From the IMG/VR virus record IMGVR_UViG_3300025810_000004, positions 1 to 64,000 of that record: 64,000 nt of DNA. One strand, given 5' to 3'. Position 1 is the first letter of the stretch. Every line of letters begins with the position of its first letter. Shown here one piece after another: positions 21,201-30,224 of this stretch. The DNA is from a virus. Below the pieces are notes generated by a model, which did not search any database, had not been told where the DNA came from, and saw only the letters and a list, made by a program, of their open reading frames with translations. The translations under genes were made by a program, and so were the position numbers.

Positions 21201-22257
21201 GATAAACGTCTACGTCGCCCCAACACCGAAGTACGGCGGCAGGAACCCGGATAACGGAACTGTTCTGGAGACGAGGTATTCCAACACCAACGACAAGTCT
21301 GATTCAAGGGCTCTCAACGACATAGCTGGCGACGCAGCGAGGGTTCTCACCAACTTCATGGACGCCTGCCAGACGGAACTCAGAGAAACGTTGGTGAGAG
21401 AAAACCGAGAAAACGACTTCGCAAACTACCTGGAAGCCCGGAACGAAATGCTCTCGATTCTCGACGCATACGAGGAGGAGAGTCCCGGTCTGATAGTCGC
21501 CAACTCTTCCGTGGTGAAAGAGGTGGGAGTACCGACGGCGGTGCTCCCGGTTTCGGACAACAGGGGGTATGAAGTCTACGGGTCTCTGGCCTATGGAAGA
21601 GGACTCACGGTGGACACTCAGTACGACCTCATAGCCCAATCCAATAGGGCGATAGACGCTCAGTCGGCTGATGCCATAGAGGCAGTCGTGAGTGGACTCA
21701 TAGGCTCAGGTGCAGATTTGCCTGGGGTGCTTGGGGTGTTGAGACCCGACCGAAAGGCCAAGCTGGCTGCAAACCTCTCCCTACCTGCTGGTGCAGCTGA
21801 CTCCGAGATAATCGAGGCCATAGAAACACTCTCCAGAGAGTCCCGGTCCGGTTCTGCCTTCATAAGGAACAACCCCATAACCTCCAAGTCCAGAGGTATG
21901 TCCTACTCCGAAGGTGTGGTGGTATCGGAGCTGTCGTTCATGGAGATAGACGGAGAAAACGCCTGCATTTGCAACGGCGTAGACGCCTCCTACTTCTTGC
22001 AGGCTTTCACTGGCGAGTACCAGACCATAAGCGAGGATTCCGTCGGAGAGTTCCTCAAGAACGAGGCTCTGGCGGCGGGGGAATCGTGGAAGGTGACGAG
22101 GGACGCAGTTTCTGGCACCAACACTTCTGCAGGCCAGAACATAATAAGCACGGTAGCGTCCTCGTACAAAGATAGAGTCAGTGACGTAATAGAACTGAGG
22201 CAGGACCTCACCGAAGCCGGTGGTCAGTTCTCCGAGTTAGAATCTGATGGGGAATAA
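18289..22257 (+). CDS. Baseplate hub protein (gp27/GpD-like) with long extension
   Basis: FEFYQDVDGDIVFKPP, KYG and TITIP.RPEMRPG.PVY...FYV..ISHSF hub-type motifs. Confidence 0.65.
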   Translation: MSIKNRPYVGNWQINKTLVRHTPDAIVYINGHPEFVTCPSCNKKFDFNKYVTSVTCDAGVEPSAGASVRLSVPKSVTEVFSHDGNYVLKPGLEVTIFMRGYFPMEGYALLGQEEESGDKTPVYPYYQTFRGVVTNVSHEFSGGFYAISLSCANMLHFWANQYVSTNGAVFGPRPDGSGVGPNLTGHTFTGNSPYTIIYTLMRIGFGAAYNVGWSIQQRTNIDAVAEGSDQSLYAHAAEWWEKRWRNSSLGLRMYGFDGSLFNQLEQSYLGMFGSRSSDRKFILSYNTLPDGTSNNFNMTAGKQATEKALGYRASETTAAFMDDDGYKLDIIKMQAFTFDMGNIAKVNFFESEYMSKLEIAEAVTGITGFEFYQDVDGDIVFKPPFYNLDTSDDPVYVIEDRDLISISEVEAEPEATYVKATGGLFGNTTGVLSGEFGTKQSMYIDWRLVAKYGWKETSFESHYLNNASQLYVSSMSRLDIANAQSRTATITIPIRPEMRPGYPVYVRSMDCYFYVRNISHSFSPGSECTTTLTCIAKRSKFLPPGKKETEGNLPKLSDVKFAGGGEYAPMPLYVYPKNVEGNDREDSGPPRIMGFPNCVMALDPNAVNLSTVGGGELVFSQPDNVFEFALSQGVLRQDIYDPNVYKLAIGEGVYLGISKDNFYSTWEGAYTFLQEYSRNPSGENYEALIGQVGSQDLSNVLIRVLTRFQGAIGEDATKNWLAIQRSLKTMYGFPAVTGKYRYFSSSAPQASDQSPSEITYNPGSGLSFETIGPPSGGEITVLSENSNGEVEVKSGTPERAFRVYGFTGQDTADYRDLTTDQIRFASFQVIRYSETVILTQPGDSQEAAFLVDRDAYEDAVKRILIIYAESVPTDETASKRFGTGENGYGGVYASIQKFQTAVGATGVTDEQTDASTLANALAKAFNRGYWKKETVERTGESDLGTSEGDISTESGDIDDSLGFSDPDDFEEINVYVAPTPKYGGRNPDNGTVLETRYSNTNDKSDSRALNDIAGDAARVLTNFMDACQTELRETLVRENRENDFANYLEARNEMLSILDAYEEESPGLIVANSSVVKEVGVPTAVLPVSDNRGYEVYGSLAYGRGLTVDTQYDLIAQSNRAIDAQSADAIEAVVSGLIGSGADLPGVLGVLRPDRKAKLAANLSLPAGAADSEIIEAIETLSRESRSGSAFIRNNPITSKSRGMSYSEGVVVSELSFMEIDGENACICNGVDASYFLQAFTGEYQTISEDSVGEFLKNEALAAGESWKVTRDAVSGTNTSAGQNIISTVASSYKDRVSDVIELRQDLTEAGGQFSELESDGE

Positions 22258-22259
22258 AG

Positions 22260-24662
22260 ATGGATAGGATCACAGACGCCCAAGTAAGAGCAGAATTCTC
22301 TGAGTCCAGCCTGGAGAAGGGAAACATAAGGAAGGTATCTGATTCCTACCCCCTGATATTGGCCAGAATCCTGAGGGTCGACTCCAAGAGACTGGTGGTG
22401 GATGTACTCCCCAAAGACGAGCAGATGCCAAGGAAGAACGTGGCCCTGTCGTTTCCTGGAGCAGGGGGTAGGCACTTCCTGGGAGCCATGCCGGAGGTTG
22501 GGGACGTGTGTGTGCTGGGGTCTCTCCCGGCAGAATCGGGCATGAACTCTTCCCCCGTCGTTCTGTGCTGGTACGCGCCGGGTGCCAAGGCCGGATACGA
22601 GTGGGTGCCAGTAAGTTCGCATGCTCCCGACGAAATAGGTGTAACCCCAGCCGAAAAGGTCATGTACGAGGGTTTCTTGAACCGGAGAAGGTACAAACTT
22701 CGGCAGATGGAGCCGGGTCACATAATAGCTTCCTCCTCTCAGGGTGCTGACCTGATACTGGACGAAAGTGTGTCCCTCGCCAACAGGAGGGGCAACGAGA
22801 TCATCCTGAGAGACCAAGACCAGGCTATTCTCATGAGGTCGCTCCAGCAGTTCTCGGTTGGAGCCGGGTACAGGGTCTACGGGGGGATGGTGCAGAGAGA
22901 CGCCACCCTGCTCCCGAGCCAACTCATAAAATCGAATGTGGCTTGGTCCAGCAGCAGACAGGTGGATGGGTCGGGGGTACCTCTTCCGAAGTCGGATATG
23001 GAGAGGAACACAGACCCAGGGAACGTCAAACTCTCGTATGTTTTCGACACCGCCGAAGATGGGTCGAACATAAACGGTCTGCAGTTCACCGATTCCACAA
23101 ACCCCATGGACATCCTGCGGAGAGGGCTCTTCATAGGTGACGACGGCACCCTGTACGACGACAGAGTGACCAGAGGTTCCACCTATGGTGGAAAGCGCAT
23201 CTACAGGGTCTCAACCGACCTGAATGACAGCACCACAACTCCAGGTGCGGAAACCTTCAGCGAATACCGGATAGAGGTGAACCACACTTCCGACGGTGTT
23301 CTCCCCGTGTCGGAGCAGTCAGACGGAATAGACATAGACAGGTTGCTCCCGAATACCCCCAACCCGGAGGACCCGGACCCCAACAATCTGTCGGATTCCC
23401 CTATGGTGGAATTCGTGCTGGGGACGGTGGTCGGGAACAACCCGACCGACGAGAGAGACTCTTACGGTGTTCCTCTCGTTGCCAAGGTCGTAAGCAAGGA
23501 TGGTAGAAGACAGACCGAAATAAGACCGTACGGTCCGGGAGATTCCATAGACGACCAGATAGCATTTCTGCTCAGGGTCCGGAACCCCTCTGACCCACAG
23601 GTTTCCTCTTTCATCGGGATAACCAAGGGAGGAGCATACCTCAGCTCTTTCCAGGGCCACGGTTCCAAGGTCGTGCAGGAGGATTTCAGAACGGGAAAAC
23701 AGTCGTTCTATGGGTCGGACCTCGACGGACAGAGCTGGGAGGTAAACGGCGACGGCACCATCGTCATCAACAACAGCGGAAACGCAAGATCCACAGACAA
23801 CATAGGTCTGGACTTCACCTCTTCCACCGGAGCGGTGAGAATCTCCTCCGGAGGGTTCATAACCGAAGGAGCGGCAAGTACGGGTACCGGGGAGAACTCC
23901 AGTCCCGCGAAGCAGAGAATAGGGATGAAGCTGGACAGCTCCACCGGAACACAGATATCAGCTGTGGATAAGGTGGAAATCAAATCCTCTACAGTGGCCA
24001 TAAAAGACGCCAAGAGCATATCGAACACTGCCTCGAACTCTTTCAGCATAAATTCCGGTGACACCGTATCGGTCACCTCCAAGACCTATTCCTCCAGCAT
24101 AAACGGATATGCAGAATACGTGTACGGGGGACCAAAGGACAGCCTCCCCACCAACGGCGCTTCGAGGTTCACCAACTTCGTGGCCTCCCCAGCCACAGGA
24201 GCCACAGGAGGGGTTGTAGACCAGTATGAACTTTTGTTCGGGGCGAGAGACGAACTGTTCAGAACCGGAAGGCACAATACCACTATCAACGTGGGTTCCT
24301 TCAACGTCAACACCATGGGAAATACCCCTATCAGTGTGGGGCCCGGTGCTGGTTTCAACATCAAGACTGGTTTGCCTCTTCTCGACAACTCGGTTTCTGC
24401 GAATCCCTTCTCAGCCAAACTGGCTGCCAACGCCGGAAACGCCACAGTTTCCGCCTCCAAGGGTGCCGTGACCGTAACCGGAACGCTTGGGGTGACTGTA
24501 AGGTCAGCAGCTGGATCTATCAACATAATGTCCCCATTCGTGAGAGTGACAGCCGCTGGGCTTCCGGGAGGAGTCTTGACTGACGGGTGTATAGACTCTT
24601 TGACCGGAAAGCCCTTCTCTGAGTCCGGAACCGTCGGGGCAGCTGGATTCAGGTTGGGTTGA
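22260..24662 (+). CDS. Baseplate spike protein (gp5/VgrG/GpV-like)
   Basis: N-terminal OB-fold-like MPEVGD.C.L; S/T/G-rich beta-repeat C-terminus. Confidence 0.6.
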   Translation: MDRITDAQVRAEFSESSLEKGNIRKVSDSYPLILARILRVDSKRLVVDVLPKDEQMPRKNVALSFPGAGGRHFLGAMPEVGDVCVLGSLPAESGMNSSPVVLCWYAPGAKAGYEWVPVSSHAPDEIGVTPAEKVMYEGFLNRRRYKLRQMEPGHIIASSSQGADLILDESVSLANRRGNEIILRDQDQAILMRSLQQFSVGAGYRVYGGMVQRDATLLPSQLIKSNVAWSSSRQVDGSGVPLPKSDMERNTDPGNVKLSYVFDTAEDGSNINGLQFTDSTNPMDILRRGLFIGDDGTLYDDRVTRGSTYGGKRIYRVSTDLNDSTTTPGAETFSEYRIEVNHTSDGVLPVSEQSDGIDIDRLLPNTPNPEDPDPNNLSDSPMVEFVLGTVVGNNPTDERDSYGVPLVAKVVSKDGRRQTEIRPYGPGDSIDDQIAFLLRVRNPSDPQVSSFIGITKGGAYLSSFQGHGSKVVQEDFRTGKQSFYGSDLDGQSWEVNGDGTIVINNSGNARSTDNIGLDFTSSTGAVRISSGGFITEGAASTGTGENSSPAKQRIGMKLDSSTGTQISAVDKVEIKSSTVAIKDAKSISNTASNSFSINSGDTVSVTSKTYSSSINGYAEYVYGGPKDSLPTNGASRFTNFVASPATGATGGVVDQYELLFGARDELFRTGRHNTTINVGSFNVNTMGNTPISVGPGAGFNIKTGLPLLDNSVSANPFSAKLAANAGNATVSASKGAVTVTGTLGVTVRSAAGSINIMSPFVRVTAAGLPGGVLTDGCIDSLTGKPFSESGTVGAAGFRLG

Positions 24663-25231
24663 TGGCAGTAACCCCCGCAAAAGTTTCAGCGGCTATAATG
24701 GCCGCAGGTCCCAGTCTACAGGGCCCCACCTTCAAGCAACTATGCGTGGGAGTGGGGCTGGGGGTCACGAATTGGTCCGTGGTACCAGCCAACCTCAAAG
24801 TACGGGGGGTAGTGACGGGTGGTCTCGGTGCCGGAACGGTGAAAGGGAAGTTGGTCATACCACCCAACGTGGCACCAGTCGTGGCTTCGGTGGCGGGAGT
24901 TACCCTGGTAGGGCCATCAGCGGCTCAGGTGGCTACAGCAGTTGGGCTGGGGGTGGCAAACGCCTATTCGGCCACGGGCCAGTATATCGGAGTTGCCACT
25001 GCGGTGGGGGTAGACATAAGCAAGGTGGTATTTGCCAATCCTGGGGCTTTGATAGCTGCTCTTACATCCGGGCTGGCTTCTCAGGGTATGGTAGGACCAA
25101 CAGCCTCCCAGCTTTGCAATGGGTTGGGGGCAGGGTTGGCAACTATGTTCCTAACAGGAGCGGGGGTGGGGACCTCTGTGGGTCCATCCGGTTTCCCAGG
25201 CGCAGGCACAAGCGTTTCTTGGGTCATATGA
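24662..25231 (+). CDS. Gly/Ala/Val-rich baseplate or spike-tip protein
   Basis: Overlaps the spike gene; internal duplication (QLC.G.G.G twice). Confidence 0.45.
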   Translation: MAVTPAKVSAAIMAAGPSLQGPTFKQLCVGVGLGVTNWSVVPANLKVRGVVTGGLGAGTVKGKLVIPPNVAPVVASVAGVTLVGPSAAQVATAVGLGVANAYSATGQYIGVATAVGVDISKVVFANPGALIAALTSGLASQGMVGPTASQLCNGLGAGLATMFLTGAGVGTSVGPSGFPGAGTSVSWVI

Positions 25232-25240
25232 GAGTCATAA

Positions 25241-25930
25241 ATGAAAGAAAAGCACATAGGGGTGAGAATTAAGCAGTGCCTCGCTTTGGCTGAACTCAGC
25301 AATTGTTCTCGCAGAAAATTCGGTGCCATGCTGATTGACCCCAGCCGTAACGTCATACTTGCAGACGGATACAACGGTGGCCCCAGAGGAGGGGGGAAGC
25401 TGTGCAGGGGAACTTGGTGCGAAAGGGACGGGATTCAAGACGAAGACGTATCGATAGAAGTGGAAAACATACTTGAGTACCACGCTCCGAGGGTCCCTCC
25501 GTACAGGGCACAAGAGGTGAAAGTTCTCATTAAGGGGCAAAAGGAGTGGTCCAAGAAGGTAGTGAAAGCAGAGGGGAAATCCCAAGCCATCGAAGAGGCT
25601 ACAGCGGAAAAACTGAGGCTTCTGAAGAAGTACACCCCCATAGAGTCTGGAACCAGAACCGAGAGGGGATGCCACCACGCAGAGGCAAACGTCATATGCA
25701 ACGCCGCCGACAGTGGGGTTTCCACCAGAGGTGCGCTGCTCATAGTGACCGGGGAGCCCTGCCTTTCTTGCTCCAAATACATCCACCACTCTGGAATAAC
25801 CAAAGTCATATGTGTCGAAAACGGCTACAAGGGTGGAAAAGACGGCCCTGAGTATTTGGAAAGGCACGGAATAGAAGTAGAATACACCAAGGGGCCTGGA
25901 GACCCAAGAGAATGCAAACAAACCACCTGA
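25241..25930 (+). CDS. dCMP deaminase
   Basis: C.RR..GA, GYNG, HAE.N and PCLSC zinc motifs. Confidence 0.9.
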   Translation: MKEKHIGVRIKQCLALAELSNCSRRKFGAMLIDPSRNVILADGYNGGPRGGGKLCRGTWCERDGIQDEDVSIEVENILEYHAPRVPPYRAQEVKVLIKGQKEWSKKVVKAEGKSQAIEEATAEKLRLLKKYTPIESGTRTERGCHHAEANVICNAADSGVSTRGALLIVTGEPCLSCSKYIHHSGITKVICVENGYKGGKDGPEYLERHGIEVEYTKGPGDPRECKQTT

Positions 25931-26193
25931 ACTACATATTGGTCTCCAGCAACAACGGGTCTGAGGTGTTCCGCGAGAGCGTTCCCGTGTCTTCTACGAC
26001 CGTGGAAGACGTGTTCATTCTGGCAGCTCGGAAAGCCAAATTCCTCGGCGCTTCAACCCTGCAGGCAGAAAACACCCCAAGGGGTCTGGTGATAAGAGAC
26101 ATATCCGGGCTTACCGAGGTGGAGGTTTCCGTCATAGGACTATTTCTGTATAACGGGGACAAGACCGAACCGGTGAATTTGAACGAGGCTTGA
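25912..26193 (+). CDS. Hypothetical protein
   Basis: Fills the gap between co-oriented genes. Confidence 0.5.
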   Translation: MQTNHLNYILVSSNNGSEVFRESVPVSSTTVEDVFILAARKAKFLGASTLQAENTPRGLVIRDISGLTEVEVSVIGLFLYNGDKTEPVNLNEA

Positions 26194-28029
26194 ATGGAAG
26201 AACTGATAAGTTGGCTGAAGGACCTCCTTGCTCCAAAACAAGGAGAATTCCTGTATGCCGACTCTTCTCATGACTGGTCCTCCTACGAGGAGGGAACCTT
26301 CCACGGAATAGTGCTGGTTGGTGACAAAGACGACCATTCAGCTATATCAGAAGCCTACAGGGTGCTGAAGCCAGGGGGTCATCTGGCGCTGATATCTCCT
26401 GAAGAAGAACCGACAGGCCACAGTGGAGCTTGCCACGCAGAAGGGGTGGGATTCGAAGTCAGGGACAGCATTCTGGTGTTGTCCCAGCCCGAAGGGTTTG
26501 TGTACTCCGGGAAGACCACCACCAAGGAAAGAGAAGAAGGCTGCTATCTCGTAGAAGAGAAGAGATTCGCTATAAGCGGGGGAGCCAACAAGGTCATAGA
26601 GCGGGGGGAGGATTACGAAACCACCCAGTCCATAGGCATGAACAGGATCCCCAAGCGGCGGAACGTTCACCCCTGTCTTCACCCGGATGCACTGGTGATG
26701 ACGCCCCACGGCTACCGTCCGATCTCGGAGGTCACCGTGGGGGATAAGGTATACTCGGCAGACGGAAGGTTCCATGCCGTCGAGCATGTTTCTAGGCACC
26801 CATACACCAGTACCGACCTCTTTGAGATCAAGGTCACTGGGACCAACTATTCAACTCTCGCTTCCGACAATCACCCCTTCCTGGTGTACCGTCCCACCCG
26901 CAAGCGGAACTCCATAACAGGTGGTCAGGTTCTGTGGCTCCGCGCCGACCAGATGCAAAAAGGGGACTATACAATGACTCCGGATCTGGAGGAGCCCCCT
27001 CCGAACGAACACCTTGACCCAGAATGGTGGTTCGTGTTCGGTTTGTGGGTAGCCGAGGGTGTTGCCCAACGTGCAGGGCATGGTAGCAACGTATACCCGT
27101 CCTTCACCCTCCACGAAAAGGAAACGGACCTGATTGAGCGTATCAGGTCGGTGTTCTCGTCGGCGAACACAAGTGTGCATCCTAAGAAGGGCACGAAAGC
27201 CGTGCAGGTAATATCCTTCGACAAGGTGGCGGGGTCGCGGTTCGTTGAGTTGGCAGGTCGCGGGGCGGCGACGAAATGCCTCCACCCTTCTATTTGGACC
27301 CTTCCAAAGAACATCCGTGCAGCCATCCTTGATGGCTATATGGCCGGGGATGGTGGCAAAGTGCGCACTTATCTACAGGCCAAAAGTGTATCGCCCGATC
27401 TCGCGTCACAGATACGATTGCTTGCCGCGTCCGTGGGGTACAAGGCCAACCTGTTCACCTACGCCCCTGTAGAGGGACAAAGTATCGGTGATCGCTTGTT
27501 CAAATCTGTTCGGCAGACCTATCAGATCCGGCTCTACTCGGAAAACACGCGGAACGTCGCAGCGGGGTTACGCAAGGCTTCCCGACCTTATGAGATCGTC
27601 CACGACGGAGTGCGTTTCGTCTTGTCATACGTCAAGGCTGTGTCCCGTGTTCCTTATGAGGGGGACGTGGTCAACCTCTCCGTGGAAGGATCACCGACCT
27701 TCCAGACGGCTGTGGGTATGAGCCACAACACTGTGAAGCCCAGGGTTGTAATGCAGCACCTCCTGTCTGATGTGGATAAAGATTCAGGCCCCGTGGTGGA
27801 CCCCTTCATGGGTTCGGGAACCACGGGTCTGGCGTGTCTCAGGACGGGACACGACTTCGTAGGGATAGAGAGAGAGGAAGAGTACGCAAAGATAGCCGAT
27901 TCCCGAATCCGGCACTGGACCAACGCCGAAGAGGCTTGGAACCCTGTGGTGTTGGAGTCAGAAGTCGGTCCGGAGGCAGAGAGCACAGAAGTGCAGGAAG
28001 TCTCCTTCGAGGATTTCTTGGGGATATGA
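26194..28029 (+). CDS. Beta-class DNA methyltransferase, SAM-binding (C-terminal) part, intein-containing; lacks DPPY
   Basis: After intein removal: NVHP-TVKP...VVDPFMGSGTTG...FVGIE; N-part has RVLKPGG but no catalytic motif IV. Confidence 0.8.
   Translation: MEELISWLKDLLAPKQGEFLYADSSHDWSSYEEGTFHGIVLVGDKDDHSAISEAYRVLKPGGHLALISPEEEPTGHSGACHAEGVGFEVRDSILVLSQPEGFVYSGKTTTKEREEGCYLVEEKRFAISGGANKVIERGEDYETTQSIGMNRIPKRRNVHPCLHPDALVMTPHGYRPISEVTVGDKVYSADGRFHAVEHVSRHPYTSTDLFEIKVTGTNYSTLASDNHPFLVYRPTRKRNSITGGQVLWLRADQMQKGDYTMTPDLEEPPPNEHLDPEWWFVFGLWVAEGVAQRAGHGSNVYPSFTLHEKETDLIERIRSVFSSANTSVHPKKGTKAVQVISFDKVAGSRFVELAGRGAATKCLHPSIWTLPKNIRAAILDGYMAGDGGKVRTYLQAKSVSPDLASQIRLLAASVGYKANLFTYAPVEGQSIGDRLFKSVRQTYQIRLYSENTRNVAAGLRKASRPYEIVHDGVRFVLSYVKAVSRVPYEGDVVNLSVEGSPTFQTAVGMSHNTVKPRVVMQHLLSDVDKDSGPVVDPFMGSGTTGLACLRTGHDFVGIEREEEYAKIADSRIRHWTNAEEAWNPVVLESEVGPEAESTEVQEVSFEDFLGI
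26674..27729 (+). mobile_element. Intein with LAGLIDADG homing endonuclease (352 aa)
   Basis: Starts CLHPDALV, block B SDNHPF, LAGLIDADG-like GLWVAEG and LDGYMAGDG, ends SHN followed by Thr. Confidence 0.92.
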
Positions 28030-28030
28030 A

Positions 28031-28549
28031 ATGCAAAGGATAAGCATAAGAAGGGGAGACTCCTCCGAAGTCTTGGAGGGCATGGAACCGGAATCGGTAT
28101 GGGCCGTGGTATGCGACCCTCCGTATGACCTCGTTGCCAACAAGAAGGGTGGTAGCGGAACTTCATCCATAGATTTATCCACACCCTACGGACGATCCAG
28201 AATAGGAGTGGGGAACGGTTCCGGTGGCTTCATGGGGAAGCAGTGGGACTCGACCGGGATAGCGTTTTCAGTTGAATTCTGGCAGAAGGTACACAGGGTG
28301 CTGAAGCCAGGAGGGGTGCTGAAGACGTTCGGGGGTAGCCGCACCTTTCACAAGATGGCAAGGGCCATAGAGGAAGCCGGGTTCTCCGATATAAAGCTGG
28401 AGGCTTGGTTGTACTCCTCCGGGTTCCCTAAGTCTCTCAGTATTCCAAAGAAGATAGAGGACAAAGCTCTGTCCAAGGTGTGGGAGGGGTGGGGCACTGC
28501 CTTGAAGCCCTCTTGGGAACCTGTAATAGTGGCCAAGAAGCCACTGTGA
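28031..28549 (+). CDS. Beta-class DNA methyltransferase, catalytic (N-terminal) part
   Basis: GDS...VVCDPPY, FMGKQWD, RVLKPGG, WLYSSGFPKS, GWGTALKP.WEP; no FxGxG. Confidence 0.85.
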   Translation: MQRISIRRGDSSEVLEGMEPESVWAVVCDPPYDLVANKKGGSGTSSIDLSTPYGRSRIGVGNGSGGFMGKQWDSTGIAFSVEFWQKVHRVLKPGGVLKTFGGSRTFHKMARAIEEAGFSDIKLEAWLYSSGFPKSLSIPKKIEDKALSKVWEGWGTALKPSWEPVIVAKKPL

Positions 28550-29043
28550 GAAGCATAAAGCTGACAGAATCCGAGGACAGGGTTCCGGTGGGCTCAGAAC
28601 CAGAGTCCGTGTCCGTCATGGTCGAATTCGTACCAGAGGACTCCGACAACTGGGGAACACTCGAACCACTCCGGGGAACAACCTGGGAAGACGGGGTGAG
28701 TGAAGTAGACGCTGACTCGTTCAGTCACGCCCTGCACGGCAGACTGTCTCCCCTTCTGAAGAAGCTGGGTAGGAACCCCGTGTATAGTGCCCGTAGGGTT
28801 TCGGAACAAGAGGGGGTGTGCGACTTCAAGGGCAACTGCATAAAGTTCGACAAGAACCTGTGCAGGCCGGGAGGGGAGAAGGGAAACGGGTGGAGGAAGA
28901 AGTACGGCCCGTTCGACTGCTACCAGCCCCCTCTCCAAGGGGCCAGCATAGACGTCACCGAAACCTTTCTAAAAGTGGCTTTGGCATGGAAAGAGGGTAT
29001 TTTTGTCATAGTGGTGAAGGGTGAAGGATTCAACCTGAGGTAA
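28546..29043 (+). CDS. Hypothetical Cys-containing protein
   Basis: GTGA overlap with the upstream gene; four Cys in the C-half. Confidence 0.55.
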   Translation: MRSIKLTESEDRVPVGSEPESVSVMVEFVPEDSDNWGTLEPLRGTTWEDGVSEVDADSFSHALHGRLSPLLKKLGRNPVYSARRVSEQEGVCDFKGNCIKFDKNLCRPGGEKGNGWRKKYGPFDCYQPPLQGASIDVTETFLKVALAWKEGIFVIVVKGEGFNLR

Positions 29044-29045
29044 GT

Positions 29046-29612
29046 ATGAGACAAGTGGCTTGCAATAACTGTGGACTGGTTACGGAATTCCTGACCAGCG
29101 TTTGGAACGCCCAAGGGTCCACCTGTAAGGGCTGCGGTCACGTCATACAGCCACTGCTTGGGAACAAGGTCGCCCCAGCCTCGTGTGGCAACCAGATAGA
29201 GCTATCCCACATAAAGGGAAAGGGGATGGGGGTGCTCGCCACCAAGGACATAAAGGATGGGGAATTGGTCGAGCGGTGCCCTGTTTTCGTCCTGAATAGC
29301 ACGGACGAAACTCGAAATCACATAAAGGGTCTGACCCTATCTCCATACGAGGACGGAAGCAGAGAGATCAATATGTCTTTCATGCTTCTGCCATGGGTTG
29401 TGAATGGGAACAGGTGCATAGCTCTGGGATACGCGATGATATACAACCACGCCCCGGTCGAGAGGTCCAACGTGCTCTATTATCCCCACGTAGACCCGGA
29501 CTCCAGCAGGAGATTCCTGGACTTCTACGCCAAGAGGGACATAAAAGCCGGGGAGGAGCTTACACAGACCTACGCCCCCAACAACAGCCTGTGGTTCACA
29601 GCCAAGGGATAG
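29046..29612 (+). CDS. SET-domain protein-lysine methyltransferase with N-terminal Zn ribbon
   Basis: KGMGVLATKDI..GE, YNH, A.RDI.AGEEL..TY; CNNC and CKGC pairs. Confidence 0.85.
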   Translation: MRQVACNNCGLVTEFLTSVWNAQGSTCKGCGHVIQPLLGNKVAPASCGNQIELSHIKGKGMGVLATKDIKDGELVERCPVFVLNSTDETRNHIKGLTLSPYEDGSREINMSFMLLPWVVNGNRCIALGYAMIYNHAPVERSNVLYYPHVDPDSSRRFLDFYAKRDIKAGEELTQTYAPNNSLWFTAKG

Positions 29613-29615
29613 ACG

Positions 29616-30224
29616 ATGCTTGAGGTTATCACGGGCTGCATGTACAGCGGCAAGAGCGAAGAGTTGATCCGGCGTCTTCGGAGATGTCAGATCGCGGACC
29701 AGTTCACCCTTGTGATGAAGCCCGCGATTGACGACCGCTACTCTGCTGACTCCGTTGCGACCCACGTTGGGGGCTCGCTGAAAGCGGTAGCCGTCAAAGA
29801 CGTGCAGGATGTCAAACGTCTGCTCTGTGCACAGCCCTTCTTTATGACCGGGCAGGTCGTTGGTCTGGACGAGGTTCAGTTCCTTGACGACGAGATCGTG
29901 GACGTGCTGGAGGCCGAAGCAAACCGAGGTCGCCGAGTCATCGTAGCGGGCCTCGATCTCGACTCGGACGGCAATCCGTTCGGCCCGATGGCAAGACTTC
30001 TCGCGGTGGCCGACAAAGTGACCAAGTTGACTGCTGTGTGCGTGGCTCGCCTCTTCATCACCCGTGGCCTCCCGTCCGCGAGAGGTCAGGGTGATGTTTG
30101 CGGTAAGCCCGCCACCCGGTCGTACCGGTTGCCCAATCAAGACACAGGAGAGCAGGTGCAGGTCGGCTCCGACGGTGTGTACGAAGCTCGGTGCCGCGTG
30201 TGCTGGGCAAGGATGCAAGGATGA
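29616..30224 (+). CDS. tdk: Thymidine kinase
   Basis: G.MYSGKSEELIRR, IDDRY, DEVQF, AGLD.D...PFG, Y.ARCR.C. Confidence 0.93.
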   Translation: MLEVITGCMYSGKSEELIRRLRRCQIADQFTLVMKPAIDDRYSADSVATHVGGSLKAVAVKDVQDVKRLLCAQPFFMTGQVVGLDEVQFLDDEIVDVLEAEANRGRRVIVAGLDLDSDGNPFGPMARLLAVADKVTKLTAVCVARLFITRGLPSARGQGDVCGKPATRSYRLPNQDTGEQVQVGSDGVYEARCRVCWARMQG

